The notes under the pieces were generated by a model. The model was not told where the DNA came from, made no database searches, and saw only the letters and a list, made by a program, of their open reading frames with translations. From an uncultured delta proteobacterium (GTDB lineage: Bacteria; Myxococcota_A; UBA9160; JAFDET01): 51,287 bases of DNA. A program made the position numbers and the translations under genes. Shown here one piece after another: positions 1 to 7,846 of this stretch (its first letter is position 1; the number at the start of each line of letters is the position of its first letter). The DNA is taken from assembly GCA_947260035.1 (NCBI GenBank), contig CAMYOO010000040.1:1-51287 (forward strand), read 5' to 3'.

Positions 1-369
1 TACAAATCCCATCTGGTCGGAGTGGTCGGCGATCACGAGCCAGTCTAGCGGCCGTGACAGCTTCACGGGCTGCCCGCTGCTTGCCATGACTTCTTCACCC
101 AGCGCGAAGCGATAGCCGGTCTCATGCAGCGTGCGGTTGCCGAACAATCCGGCGTCCATTGAGTAGCCGGTGTGCAAATGCGTCTCACCCCAGAGCGGGA
201 AAGTCGCGAAAGTCCGCTGCGCATACGGTGAGTAAACCTTTCCTCGATATGCCGCGGATAGAGACTCTTTAGAAGTGGTTATTCCCACTTGTTCAGCGAG
301 TGCCACAGTGCCGATAAGACACAGCGCCACACTTGCTGCTACGCCCCGGACAAGAACGTTGCGTTTCAT
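1..369 (-). CDS. DUF3604-family protein, N-terminal 123 codons (gene continues past the left edge)
   Basis: Absent from the ORF track because no stop lies in the window. Reverse-strand ATG at 369-367 is preceded by GAGGAG. My translation gives MKRNVLVRGVAASVALCLIGTVALA (signal peptide), then FPLWGETHLHTGYSMDAG and RPLDWLVIADHSDQMG. These match my memory of the DUF3604 metal-site motifs. Confidence 0.7.
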   Translation of the reverse strand, partial: MKRNVLVRGVAASVALCLIGTVALAEQVGITTSKESLSAAYRGKVYSPYAQRTFATFPLWGETHLHTGYSMDAGLFGNRTLHETGYRFALGEEVMASSGQPVKLSRPLDWLVIADHSDQMGFV

Positions 370-526
370 TGTATTCTCCTCATCTGTTGACCAAGTTATC
401 TTCTTACCTGCTATTGCAGCTCCGAACTGCGCTTGTCATCGACGGTATCGGCTTTGGGGATTGCGATCTCGCCATTTCGCGCCACGCGATCGAGTGTGTG
501 CGTCAGTGTCAACGTGAGTACGAGGC

Positions 527-566
527 AAGATAAAGAGCTCACTGGCCATTTCGCGCCAGTGAGCTC
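527..566 (-). terminator. Putative intrinsic terminator (11-bp stem, 10-nt loop, T-rich tail on the minus strand)
   Basis: GAGCTCACTGG (535-545) and CCAGTGAGCTC (556-566) are perfectly complementary. On the minus strand the stem is followed by TTTATCTT (534-527). It lies 48 nt downstream of the stop of the 614-823 ORF fragment. Confidence 0.5.
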
Positions 567-613
567 CGGATCTTGCTCAAAGGGTTATGTAGTGGTGCTC
601 GGCACCAACCCCG

Positions 614-823
614 TTACTTCGCAAATTTTGATTTGAACAGTTCGGCAAGCGTCACCTCACTATCCTGAAGTGTGCTGGGTGTACCGGCAATAATGATGCT
701 TCCAGTCCTGCACGTTGAGAATATCTGCCTGTCAGCAAAGCCGCGCGGGTCGGTGTACAGCCGCCTACGGTCTTGCCAGGTTGAAGTCCCCCGGGGAGTT
801 GTCACAACGGGCGTTATAGGACC
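614..823 (-). pseudogene. 3' fragment of an unidentified gene (5' part missing)
   Basis: The frame is open only from 823 (in-frame TGA at 826-824) and ends ...GSIIIAGTPSTLQDSEVTLAELFKSKFAK. It is followed by the terminator at 527-566 and abuts the MscS fragment at about 845. No family was recognised. Confidence 0.3.
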
Positions 824-849
824 TCAGAAGCCCGCTTGGAGTTACTATC

Positions 850-1100
850 CGCTTGAGGACCGACAGCTCTTCCGGGGCTTCGGTGAGAGCTCCCTCGACT
901 TCGAGATGCGCGCCTTCACCGAGGGAGACTGGCTCAAGGTCATGAGCGAGCTGGCCGTCGCCACCTCCGAGGCCCTGGAGGCGGCCGGCATCACCATCCC
1001 CTTCCCCCAGCGAGACCTCCACCTGCGCAACGTCTCCGAGGTGCGGGATGCCCTGAAAGAGGTCGTCAAAGCACCACGCGGCCCTTCCGACGAGCCCTAG
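850..1100 (+). pseudogene. C-terminal fragment of an MscS-family mechanosensitive channel
   Basis: The tail of ORF 672..1100 reads FGESSLDFEMRAFTEGDWLKVMSELAVATSEALEAAGITIPFPQRDLHL. This matches the conserved MscS C-terminal domain (FGdSSLdF.lr.w ... IPFPQRdvH). No TM or beta-domain sequence lies upstream. Composition changes abruptly near 845. Confidence 0.6.
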
Positions 1101-2110
1101 TCACCAAGAAGCGGTCGCTTGCTGAAAGCGGGCTTGGGAATGACCGGTGAGAACACCAGCCGAAGGTTCCACTCGGGTCCGAAGTTGTCGGGCTTCTCCA
1201 CGTAGTAGTGCAGCTCCAGGCCCCATTTGACCGGTAGTTTCCCGATCTTGCTGGTGGTGTTGAAGCCAATTCCCACAGGGATCTTCCATCTGTTCTCACT
1301 GTCGGCATCCCAGTCGGCGGTGATGTTCGGGCTGCCGAAACCGATGTTGGTGCTGTCAGTCAGCCGGTAGAAAGCGACGTACTGAATATTCGTCAAGTTG
1401 ACATCCGACCGGTTGCTGCCGCCCGCGAAGTCCCACCAATGCTGCACGACAGTGCCCAATATCCATCCCCCAGGTGGACCGATGTGGAAAGCCAGAGCCA
1501 TCGGGCCTGCACTCCACTTTCCGGTGCCGAAGACCTCGTCCGTGGCCGTGTTCAGCATGGTGGTGGTGCCAAATCCGAAGATGTTCGGTGGCTTTGCCAT
1601 TTCATTGGTGGCGAAGGCGTTCCACAATACGATGTCACCGAGATTGAATTTTCCGTCAAAATCGACATCGACGGGCAAGTCACCGCCGGGGTAATGCGTC
1701 GGGGTCCCCTGTGAGATGCTCGGCGCTTCCCAGTAGTGGAGCGGGATCACGGGGCGAAAGATCCACTTCCAGTTCTGGGTCAACTGGAAGGGCATCACGG
1801 GCTGAAAGATCGTGGTGTTGAAGATCTTCTTGTCCTCGCCGAGAAAATCCAGAGCATCGCCGTCGTACCACGTGGTGTCGTTCTGCAGGAACAACATCCA
1901 GAGCTCGCCGAGGGGATTGTTGATCATCTCGTTGATCTGCGCCGAGGTGTATTGACCTTCGTTGGCCGAAGCGTCTGAGGCGTCGGCCTCCTCCTCGAAC
2001 TCCCTCTCGCTCTGCTGGATCTCCTCGTCCGCCGCTGCCCAGACTGGAGCCACCGGGCCGGTTGCCAGAAGGACGGACAGTGTCAAGGTGGTCAAGGATT
2101 TCGCTTTCAT
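1097..2110 (-). CDS. Secreted beta-barrel-like outer-membrane protein (MetA-pathway/'transporter'-type family, tentative)
   Basis: 337-aa ORF with AAGGAG 6 nt upstream of the ATG. Signal peptide MKAKSLTTLTLSVLLATGPVAPVWAAA and a GD(I/L) motif (NLGDIVLW). Clearly paralogous along its length to 31637..32500, for example FQPVMPFQLTQNWKWIFRPVIPL versus LQPVMPVPLTEEWNWINRPVIPI. The family name is from memory. Confidence 0.7.
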   Translation of the reverse strand: MKAKSLTTLTLSVLLATGPVAPVWAAADEEIQQSEREFEEEADASDASANEGQYTSAQINEMINNPLGELWMLFLQNDTTWYDGDALDFLGEDKKIFNTTIFQPVMPFQLTQNWKWIFRPVIPLHYWEAPSISQGTPTHYPGGDLPVDVDFDGKFNLGDIVLWNAFATNEMAKPPNIFGFGTTTMLNTATDEVFGTGKWSAGPMALAFHIGPPGGWILGTVVQHWWDFAGGSNRSDVNLTNIQYVAFYRLTDSTNIGFGSPNITADWDADSENRWKIPVGIGFNTTSKIGKLPVKWGLELHYYVEKPDNFGPEWNLRLVFSPVIPKPAFSKRPLLGD

Positions 2111-2123
2111 TTGGGTCTCCTTT

Positions 2124-2395
2124 TCACGCCTCGGTCGATCTCGAAGAGGCCGGGATCTCCGGTCCCAAAGAGGCGGCGGGGGATCTCTCGACCTCGAGCA
2201 GCTCGAGGCACAGGATCGGCAGGTGCACTTCGTAGAGTCCGTTCAACACGCCGAGCAGCTGGGACTGGTCCCGCAAGCGACCGGTGGGAGTCGTCGCCGT
2301 CCCGCCGTGCGCTCCGGGGCCGGCTTGGAGGCGCAGAGACCGCCCAGACGGTCCGCGAACTCCTCTGTGAGGGCGCCCTGGACCACGATCCGGTG
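2124..2395 (-). pseudogene. Frameshifted small conserved hypothetical gene
   Basis: One frame gives RIVVQGALTEEFADRLGG. A frame shifted by one base continues LRLQAGPGAHGGTATTPTGRLRDQSQLLGVLNGLYEVHLPILCLELLEVE to the TGA at 2126-2124. Joined, these resemble a roughly 100-aa family I recall (...G.T.LTG.v.DQaaLhGvL..l.dLgl.L.sv). The frame switch is near 2335-2345. Confidence 0.3.
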
Positions 2396-2908
2396 ACCGC
2401 GGCCTGTCCCAGCGACACGCCTTTCTCTCCGGACGAGTTCGCCACCGGCTATCAGAGGCTCCTTCTGCGGCTAGAATCGTCGGTGAAGATCATTCTAGAG
2501 GGAGGCGCGGTCGACGAGCCTCCCCCAAAGAGGATGAAAAAGGGGGGTAAAGACCTGTACGTACCCGGTCTTGTTCCAGGGGACGTGCATCACCGGCGGT
2601 CGGTCCTTCTCTTTCCTCAAGACCGTCCTGGCTCCAACGGAAGCGCTCTTCGAGCCACCCTGCCCTGCAGCAAGCTCCTCGATGAGCTTCCGCCGGAGAC
2701 CCCAGCTAAATTGAAGATCCCGTTACCGGTTCCGGATTGGCACGCAAGGAATCGAGGATCGCCCGCGCGGTCCACCTAACAACGTGATCGACAACAATTG
2801 GTTGGTGCAAGAGACCGTTCATCGCACTCAACGACCTGATGAATCGCGAAGTCACTACAACGACGCACTGCACGTGTTGACCTTGTCACGGAAAAGTGGA
2901 CAGGTTGA

Positions 2909-3079
2909 CTACGCCGCTTCCGCCTGATTCTTCTCTTCGAACTTTGCAGGGCTGGCGTTCCCATTCGTCGAGTGCTTTCGAGTTCGATTGTAGTGTATCG
3001 CGGATAGGGCACTCAAAGCACGCCCACCGGCGAATCCCAACCCTCTGCGGTCAACTTCCGTCTCGTCGATGGAATGAGA
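2909..3079 (-). mobile_element. IS3-family (rve/integrase-core) transposase C-terminal remnant
   Basis: A 56-codon open frame bounded upstream by TGA reads ...ALSALSAIHYNRTRKHSTNGNASPAKFEEKNQAEAA*. The YN..R.HS...G..SP..FE anchors match the usual IS3 OrfB tail. No catalytic DDE region is present. Confidence 0.4.
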
Positions 3080-3140
3080 TCAGCACCGCCGCCAGCTTCA
3101 GCTGACGACCGGGGCAGAGCGCCGCTACAGGAGAGGAGTC

Positions 3141-5477
3141 ATGAAGACGATCGGCACATCCGACTCGACGAGGCGCAGCGCCGTCCACTCCGCGCTGGCG
3201 GGCTTGTTCGCCATGGGACTGGTCAGCACGGGCAGCCCGGCGGAAGCGGATTTCAAGGGCTCGATCGGCACCACGGTTCGCGACTCGGTTCCGTACTGGC
3301 CACGAGCCGCCGAAGCCAGCCGTAGCGCGCCCAATGTGCTGGTCATCCTGCTCGATGACGTCGGATTCGCCGACCTTGGAGCGTTCGGCGCCGAGATCGA
3401 GACTCCGAACATCGACGCGCTCGCAAACGGTGGCCTGCGCTACAACAATTTCACCACGACTGCGGTCTGCTCCCCGTCCCGAGCCGCGCTGCTGACCGGT
3501 CTGAATCACCATTCGGCCGGCGTCGGTTGGCTCGCCGACATGGACAGCGGGTACCCGGGATATCGCGGCGAGATCCACTCCAACGTCATGACGATGCCCG
3601 AGGTGCTGAGAGGACACGGCTACAGCACCTTCATGGTCGGCAAGTGGCACCTGACCAATCAAACGCACCGGTCGGTGGCCGGTCCGTACGATTCCTGGCC
3701 GACGCAGCGCGGCTTTGATCGGTTCTGGGGCACGCATAGCAACAGCAGCCAATGGATGCCCGATGCCCTCTACCGCGGAAACGAGGCCATCGAAGTCGCG
3801 GCCGACGATGACTTCTACTTCCCGGACGCGATGACCGATACCGCCATCCAGATGTTGAAGGATCTGCGCGCGGTGGCGCGCAACAAGCCCTTCTTCCTGT
3901 ACTACGCCACGGGCGCAGCACACGCTCCCCACCACACTCGCGCCGAGGATCGAGCCAAGTACCGGGGCCGCTACGACGCCGGGTACGACCGGATTCGCAA
4001 CGAGCGCCTGGCTCGACAGAAGGCCCTCGGGATCGTGCCGCCGGACACGCATCTCGCGCCGCGGCTGCCGGGCGTGGAGCCTTGGGAGGATTTCACCGCC
4101 GATGAGAAGAAGATGTATGCCCGGCTGCAGGAAAACTACGCCGCCTTCGTCGACAACATCGACCAGCAGGTCGGTCGGCTGATCGGCTATCTGCGCGACT
4201 CGGGCCAGCTCGACGACACGCTGATCATCCTGACCTCGGACAACGGCGCCAGCAAGGAAGCCGGGATTCCCGGCACGACGATGAGGACTCGCTACCTGAA
4301 CGGCATCGCGGACACGACGGAGAAGAACCTGGAGGACTATGACGCCGTCGGTTCGTCCGCGACCGCGCCGAACTACCCGATCGGCTGGATGCAGGCCAGC
4401 AATGCACCGTTCCCCTACGCCAAGGGCACGACGCACGGCGGCGGAGTACGAGATCCGCTGATCATCCACTGGCCGGGAGGCATTGCCGACGGGGGCGCGG
4501 TACGCCCGCAGTTCCACCACATCCACGACCTGATGCCGACCGTGCTGGAAGTAGCAGGTGCAAAGGTGCCGAGCCGGGTTCGGGGCCTCGAGGTAAAGCC
4601 GATCGAGGGAATCTCGATGGCCTACAGCTTTGCCCGTGGGAAGATCGAAGGCCGTCGCCGCAAGATCGTGACCTACGTCAGGCCGCAGCAGCACTACGAC
4701 GCCGTGCCCTGGGAGCTCTACGATCTGCGGTCGGATTTCTCGGAAACCAACGACTTGGCGGCGGAGCACCCCGGGAAGGTCCGCGAGCTCGAAGCGAAGT
4801 GGTGGGCCGCGGCGCGGCGATACGACGTGCTGCCGCTGCACGATGAGCCCACGATGCAGCGTGGCCGGGCGGCGATGTCGCAGCTGGAGAATCTGCGTTT
4901 CGAGCAGTTTCGCTACGAGCCGGGACTGTCGACCATCCAAAATGTGCAGGCGCCACTCCTGAACGGCCGGTCCTTCAGCATCACGGCGACCGTGGATCGC
5001 GACGACACCGCGCAACAGGGCGTCCTCGTCGCGCTGGGCGGTCTCGAACAAGGTTACAGCTGGTACGTACGCGACAACCGACTCGTGTACGAAGTGAACG
5101 TCGGCGGATACCGCACCGTCCTGGAGTCTCACACCGAGCTACCGGTCGGAAGAATCACGCTGGCCGCGCACTTCGAGCTGGACGAGGATGCGCGCGAGGC
5201 CGACCAGCAGACCCAGCCGAACGACGACTTCTCAGCCGGTGATTTCTCGGCGCATCACATCCCTCAGGGAATCCTGACGCTGTACCTCGACGGGCAGCCG
5301 GTCGGATCGCGGCGTTTCGCGCCCGTCGTGCCCTTCAGCTCCTGGGAGGGCCTCGACGTCGGCCGGGACCTGCGTACGCCGGTATCGAACAGCTACGCGG
5401 CGCCCTTCGCCTTCAGCGGGGAGCTTCACGAAGTCGTCTACCGCTTCGACGCGACGAGTCGATCTCCGGAGCGGTAG
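3141..5477 (+). CDS. Arylsulfatase (formylglycine-dependent, type I sulfatase)
   Basis: 778-aa ORF. VLVILLDDVGFADLG plus the CSPSRAALLTG (C-x-P-x-R) sulfatase signature and GKWHL. The N-terminal signal carries RR (STRRSAVHSALAGLFAMGL...AEA). Confidence 0.93.
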   Translation: MKTIGTSDSTRRSAVHSALAGLFAMGLVSTGSPAEADFKGSIGTTVRDSVPYWPRAAEASRSAPNVLVILLDDVGFADLGAFGAEIETPNIDALANGGLRYNNFTTTAVCSPSRAALLTGLNHHSAGVGWLADMDSGYPGYRGEIHSNVMTMPEVLRGHGYSTFMVGKWHLTNQTHRSVAGPYDSWPTQRGFDRFWGTHSNSSQWMPDALYRGNEAIEVAADDDFYFPDAMTDTAIQMLKDLRAVARNKPFFLYYATGAAHAPHHTRAEDRAKYRGRYDAGYDRIRNERLARQKALGIVPPDTHLAPRLPGVEPWEDFTADEKKMYARLQENYAAFVDNIDQQVGRLIGYLRDSGQLDDTLIILTSDNGASKEAGIPGTTMRTRYLNGIADTTEKNLEDYDAVGSSATAPNYPIGWMQASNAPFPYAKGTTHGGGVRDPLIIHWPGGIADGGAVRPQFHHIHDLMPTVLEVAGAKVPSRVRGLEVKPIEGISMAYSFARGKIEGRRRKIVTYVRPQQHYDAVPWELYDLRSDFSETNDLAAEHPGKVRELEAKWWAAARRYDVLPLHDEPTMQRGRAAMSQLENLRFEQFRYEPGLSTIQNVQAPLLNGRSFSITATVDRDDTAQQGVLVALGGLEQGYSWYVRDNRLVYEVNVGGYRTVLESHTELPVGRITLAAHFELDEDAREADQQTQPNDDFSAGDFSAHHIPQGILTLYLDGQPVGSRRFAPVVPFSSWEGLDVGRDLRTPVSNSYAAPFAFSGELHEVVYRFDATSRSPER

Positions 5478-5867
5478 CGTCTCGCGCTCGAGCGTGAGGC
5501 GCAGCGTCACCGAAGGGCGGACGAGAATCGGAGGCGGCTCTACCCGATCCAGCGGAGTGAGCGGAGGCTCGATCTCTTCTGGAGAGATGTCGCAAGTGCG
5601 AGTTCAACGATCGCCTGTTCAGCGCGACTTCGAAAGGCCGCGAAAGCACTGCGAAGAAGCAGTGCGGCGAGGTTGAGCAGGACTCGCATGGCGCGAGCAT
5701 CCTGCATGATGCGCCTGGGCGGTACGAGTCTGATTCTGCGCTCAGGTCCGGCGTATCATTCGCGGTTTGAAAATTCGGAGCCGGGAGCAGAAAAGCCAGG
5801 GATTTCGCGACGGACCGATACTGAGAACGCACAACTACGGCTTGGCGGTCCCCCGTGGGCCAAGTCC

Positions 5868-6140
5868 CCGGCGCTCTTCCCGAACCCAACCAGCCGGAAC
5901 CGCGAACGCCGCTGGATCGCGAACGCGCTGCGCGAGGAGTGGAACCGGGCCGCCCGAGCGGTCGGCGTGAAGGTCCGCATGTACGAGGGCACCAAGCACT
6001 CGAGCGCCAGCCGGTGGCACTCCTCGGGGATGCCGCTCGAGCTGGTGCGCCGAATGCTGCGCCACCGCGACACCCGTTCGACGGAGCGGTACGCGAAGCT
6101 CGCGGACTCAGCGCTGGTGGAGGCATTCGCGGCACATCAC
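5868..6140 (+). pseudogene. Tyrosine recombinase (phage-type integrase), C-terminal roughly 90 aa only
   Basis: Part of ORF 5673..6494: LFPNPTSRNRERRWIANALREEWNRAARAVGVKVRMYEGTKHSSASRWHSSGMPLELVRRMLRHRDTRSTERYAKL. This covers the box II region with the His and the catalytic Tyr. No N-terminal SAM-like or Arg-I region lies upstream. Its 3' end points at the tRNA-Asp 3' end about 100 nt away. Confidence 0.7.
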
Positions 6141-6237
6141 GCCCGGCGTGGCGACCGCCGCCGGACCCGAGAGCGTGCTCAAGGTGTGCTCAAGGGCCGG
6201 AGAGGCACTCGAAAAGCTCAACGAAATCGAGCACCTA

Positions 6238-6314
6238 TGGCGGGGCGGACGGGACTCGAACCCGCAACTTCTGGCGTGACAGGCCAGTGCTCTAACCAGT
6301 TGAACTACCGCCCC
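6238..6314 (-). tRNA. tRNA-Asp (anticodon GTC), CCA encoded
   Basis: The reverse complement folds by hand: GGGGCGG TA GTTC AACTGGTTA GAGC A CTGGC CTGTCAC GCCAG AAGTT GCGGG TTCGAGT CCCGT CCGCCCC G CCA. It aligns almost base for base with E. coli tRNA-Asp. Confidence 0.95.
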
Positions 6315-6393
6315 GCGAGGGACTCTCGATTTAGCCGACCAGGGGGCCGGACGCCAGCGCAGGGTCGCCGCCCCCGGGGATTTCGGGCCTGGA

Positions 6394-7059
6394 TCAGCCC
6401 TCTTCCTTCTTGGGCGCCTGGGCGGCCTGGGCCGCGGCCTGCATCTGGATGGCTTGCATCTGCATCATCAGCGCCATGTCGCCGGCCACCATGATCTTGC
6501 CCTGCATGAAGGCGGCCATGGGGTCCAGGGTCCCGGCGGCCATGGCCTCGGCGTCTTCGGCGGTGATGGTCAGGGTGGTGGTCGGCTCCTCGGGGATGGC
6601 GCCGGGTCCGAGCTTGAAGTCCACCTGCCAGTCGCCGCCCTCGGCGCCGGATACCGCCATGCGGATCACGCCGTCCAGGGCGCGCATCTGCTCCAGCGCC
6701 TGCGGCGGCGGGGGGCCCTGGCCGGGGGCCGCGCCGGCGCTCTGGGCGCCGGGCTTGAAGAGCTGGGCGGACTGGGCGCCGATGGCGCCGCCCTTCCCTT
6801 CCCAGAGCGCGCCGCGCCAGTGCTCCACGCTCTGCACGTAGGTGAAGGCGCAGTCGCTGCGGGGCTCGGCGCTCACGCGGAGAGCGCCCTCGTTCACGTG
6901 CATGACCCACTCGCCGCCGCCTTCGCCGTGGAGCAGCACGCCGATGTGCGCCTCCACGTTGCGCTGCTCCTCGGGCAGCTCCGCCTCGGCGAAGGCATTG
7001 GGGAGCCAGCTCTCGAAGAACTCGGCGGCGGGCAGCGGGGATCCGGGGAACTCGGCCAT
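6394..7059 (-). CDS. SCP2 sterol-carrier-like domain protein
   Basis: 221-aa ORF. The C-terminal LDPMAAFMQGKIMVAGDMALMMQMQ matches the SCP2 signature (ldp..aFm.GKlki.GdmalamKl). AAGGAGA lies upstream of the ATG. Confidence 0.8.
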   Translation of the reverse strand: MAEFPGSPLPAAEFFESWLPNAFAEAELPEEQRNVEAHIGVLLHGEGGGEWVMHVNEGALRVSAEPRSDCAFTYVQSVEHWRGALWEGKGGAIGAQSAQLFKPGAQSAGAAPGQGPPPPQALEQMRALDGVIRMAVSGAEGGDWQVDFKLGPGAIPEEPTTTLTITAEDAEAMAAGTLDPMAAFMQGKIMVAGDMALMMQMQAIQMQAAAQAAQAPKKEEG

Positions 7060-7119
7060 GACGGTCTCCTTGCGACTGCGGGATGAGCGCAGCGCAGTCT
7101 ACCGCAGCCGGGGCCCGGC

Positions 7120-7764
7120 TCAGTCGGTGACGGTGCGTGCCCGCTCCAACGCGCGCTCGGTCCAGCTGCCGGTCGCCGGCTCGGCCGCCTCGAAGGTCGG
7201 CTCCGCGCCGGCCTCGGGCGCCAGCTGGGGCGTGGCCTCGGCCTGCGGGGTCGCGGGCGACGCGATCTCGGCTTCGGCGGCGGGCGCCAGGGCGGCCGGA
7301 GCTTCGCTCTCGACGGTCGGCGCGGGCGCGGCCTCCTCTGCGGCCGCAGCCTCTTCCGGGGCCGCGGCCTGGGCGCCCAGCACGCCGGCGATGGCGGCCT
7401 GGATCGACTCCAGCTGTGCAGCCACCTGCCCCACCGTGTCCTGGACCTCGGTCTCGCGGGCCTGGGCCTCGGCCAGGGTCGTCTCCAGCTCGGCCACCCG
7501 GGCCTGCAGCTTCTGGCGCTGGCTGTAGAGCACGGCCACGGCGGCCAGCGAAACCAGCAGCAGCACCACGACGGCCAGGCTTCCGATACCCCGGCCCTTG
7601 GCGGACGGAACCGAGGCCGACTTTTCGGCCTGCGGCAGCTTCTCGACGTCCTCGGCCTTATCAGCCTTATCGGCCTTCTTGGTGACCGGCTTCTTGGCCG
7701 AATCCTCGGCGCCCTCGCTGCCGCTGCCGTTGCTCTTGTTGCCGGGGAACTCGATCGTGCCCAT
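7120..7764 (-). CDS. Hypothetical single-pass membrane protein with a coiled-coil segment
   Basis: Start moved to the internal ATG at 7764, which is preceded by GGAGGTGGTG. It has a Lys/Asp-rich N-terminus, the TM segment IGSLAVVVLLLVSLAAVAVLY, a heptad-like QKLQARVAELETTLAEAQARETEVQ, and an Ala/Pro/Glu-rich tail. No family was recognised. Confidence 0.55.
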   Translation of the reverse strand: MGTIEFPGNKSNGSGSEGAEDSAKKPVTKKADKADKAEDVEKLPQAEKSASVPSAKGRGIGSLAVVVLLLVSLAAVAVLYSQRQKLQARVAELETTLAEAQARETEVQDTVGQVAAQLESIQAAIAGVLGAQAAAPEEAAAAEEAAPAPTVESEAPAALAPAAEAEIASPATPQAEATPQLAPEAGAEPTFEAAEPATGSWTERALERARTVTD

Positions 7765-7846
7765 CACCACCTCCTGCGCTGCCTCTTCCCGACGCGGTGA
7801 GTTAGCACACGGGGAGCGCTTGAAAAGCCGCGACCCCAACGCTGCG

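Noticed and set aside
2400-2909. A/T-richer stretch with several short ORFs and a 7-bp inverted repeat CTAGAAT...ATTCTAG (2471-2498).
   Set aside because: No frame gave a recognisable protein and the inverted repeat is short. I treat it as unassigned island debris.
3051-5132. 693-aa minus-strand ORF antisense to the sulfatase. Similar long antisense or alternate-frame ORFs include 21416..24595 (+), 36876..40721 (+), 35836..40548 (-), 19885..21471 (+) and 27384..30038 (-).
   Set aside because: Their translations are Arg/Ala/Gly/Pro/His-rich with no recognisable motifs. Each lies opposite to, or out of frame with, a gene carrying strong family signatures. Such shadow ORFs are expected in very GC-rich DNA.
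5513-5532. AGGGCGGACGAGAATCGGAG resembles the tRNA-Asp 3' segment GGGGCGGACGGGACTCGAAC (about 15 of 18-20 positions). It could be a degenerate att repeat delimiting a mini-island that contains only the integrase remnant.
   Set aside because: The match is short and imperfect in GC-rich DNA, so it could be chance. The lower-GC, wreck-rich DNA also continues far to the left of it. A statistical alignment and comparison with an empty site are needed.
5545-5715. The minus-strand reading MQDARAMRVLLNLAALLLRSAFAAFRSRAEQAIVELALATSLQKR..., then PPLTPLDR in another frame. It vaguely recalls the N-terminus (..E.LALRQQL...RPRL...DR.FW) of some integrase-core transposases.
   Set aside because: The resemblance needs a frameshift and fades quickly. 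I cannot support it without a database search.
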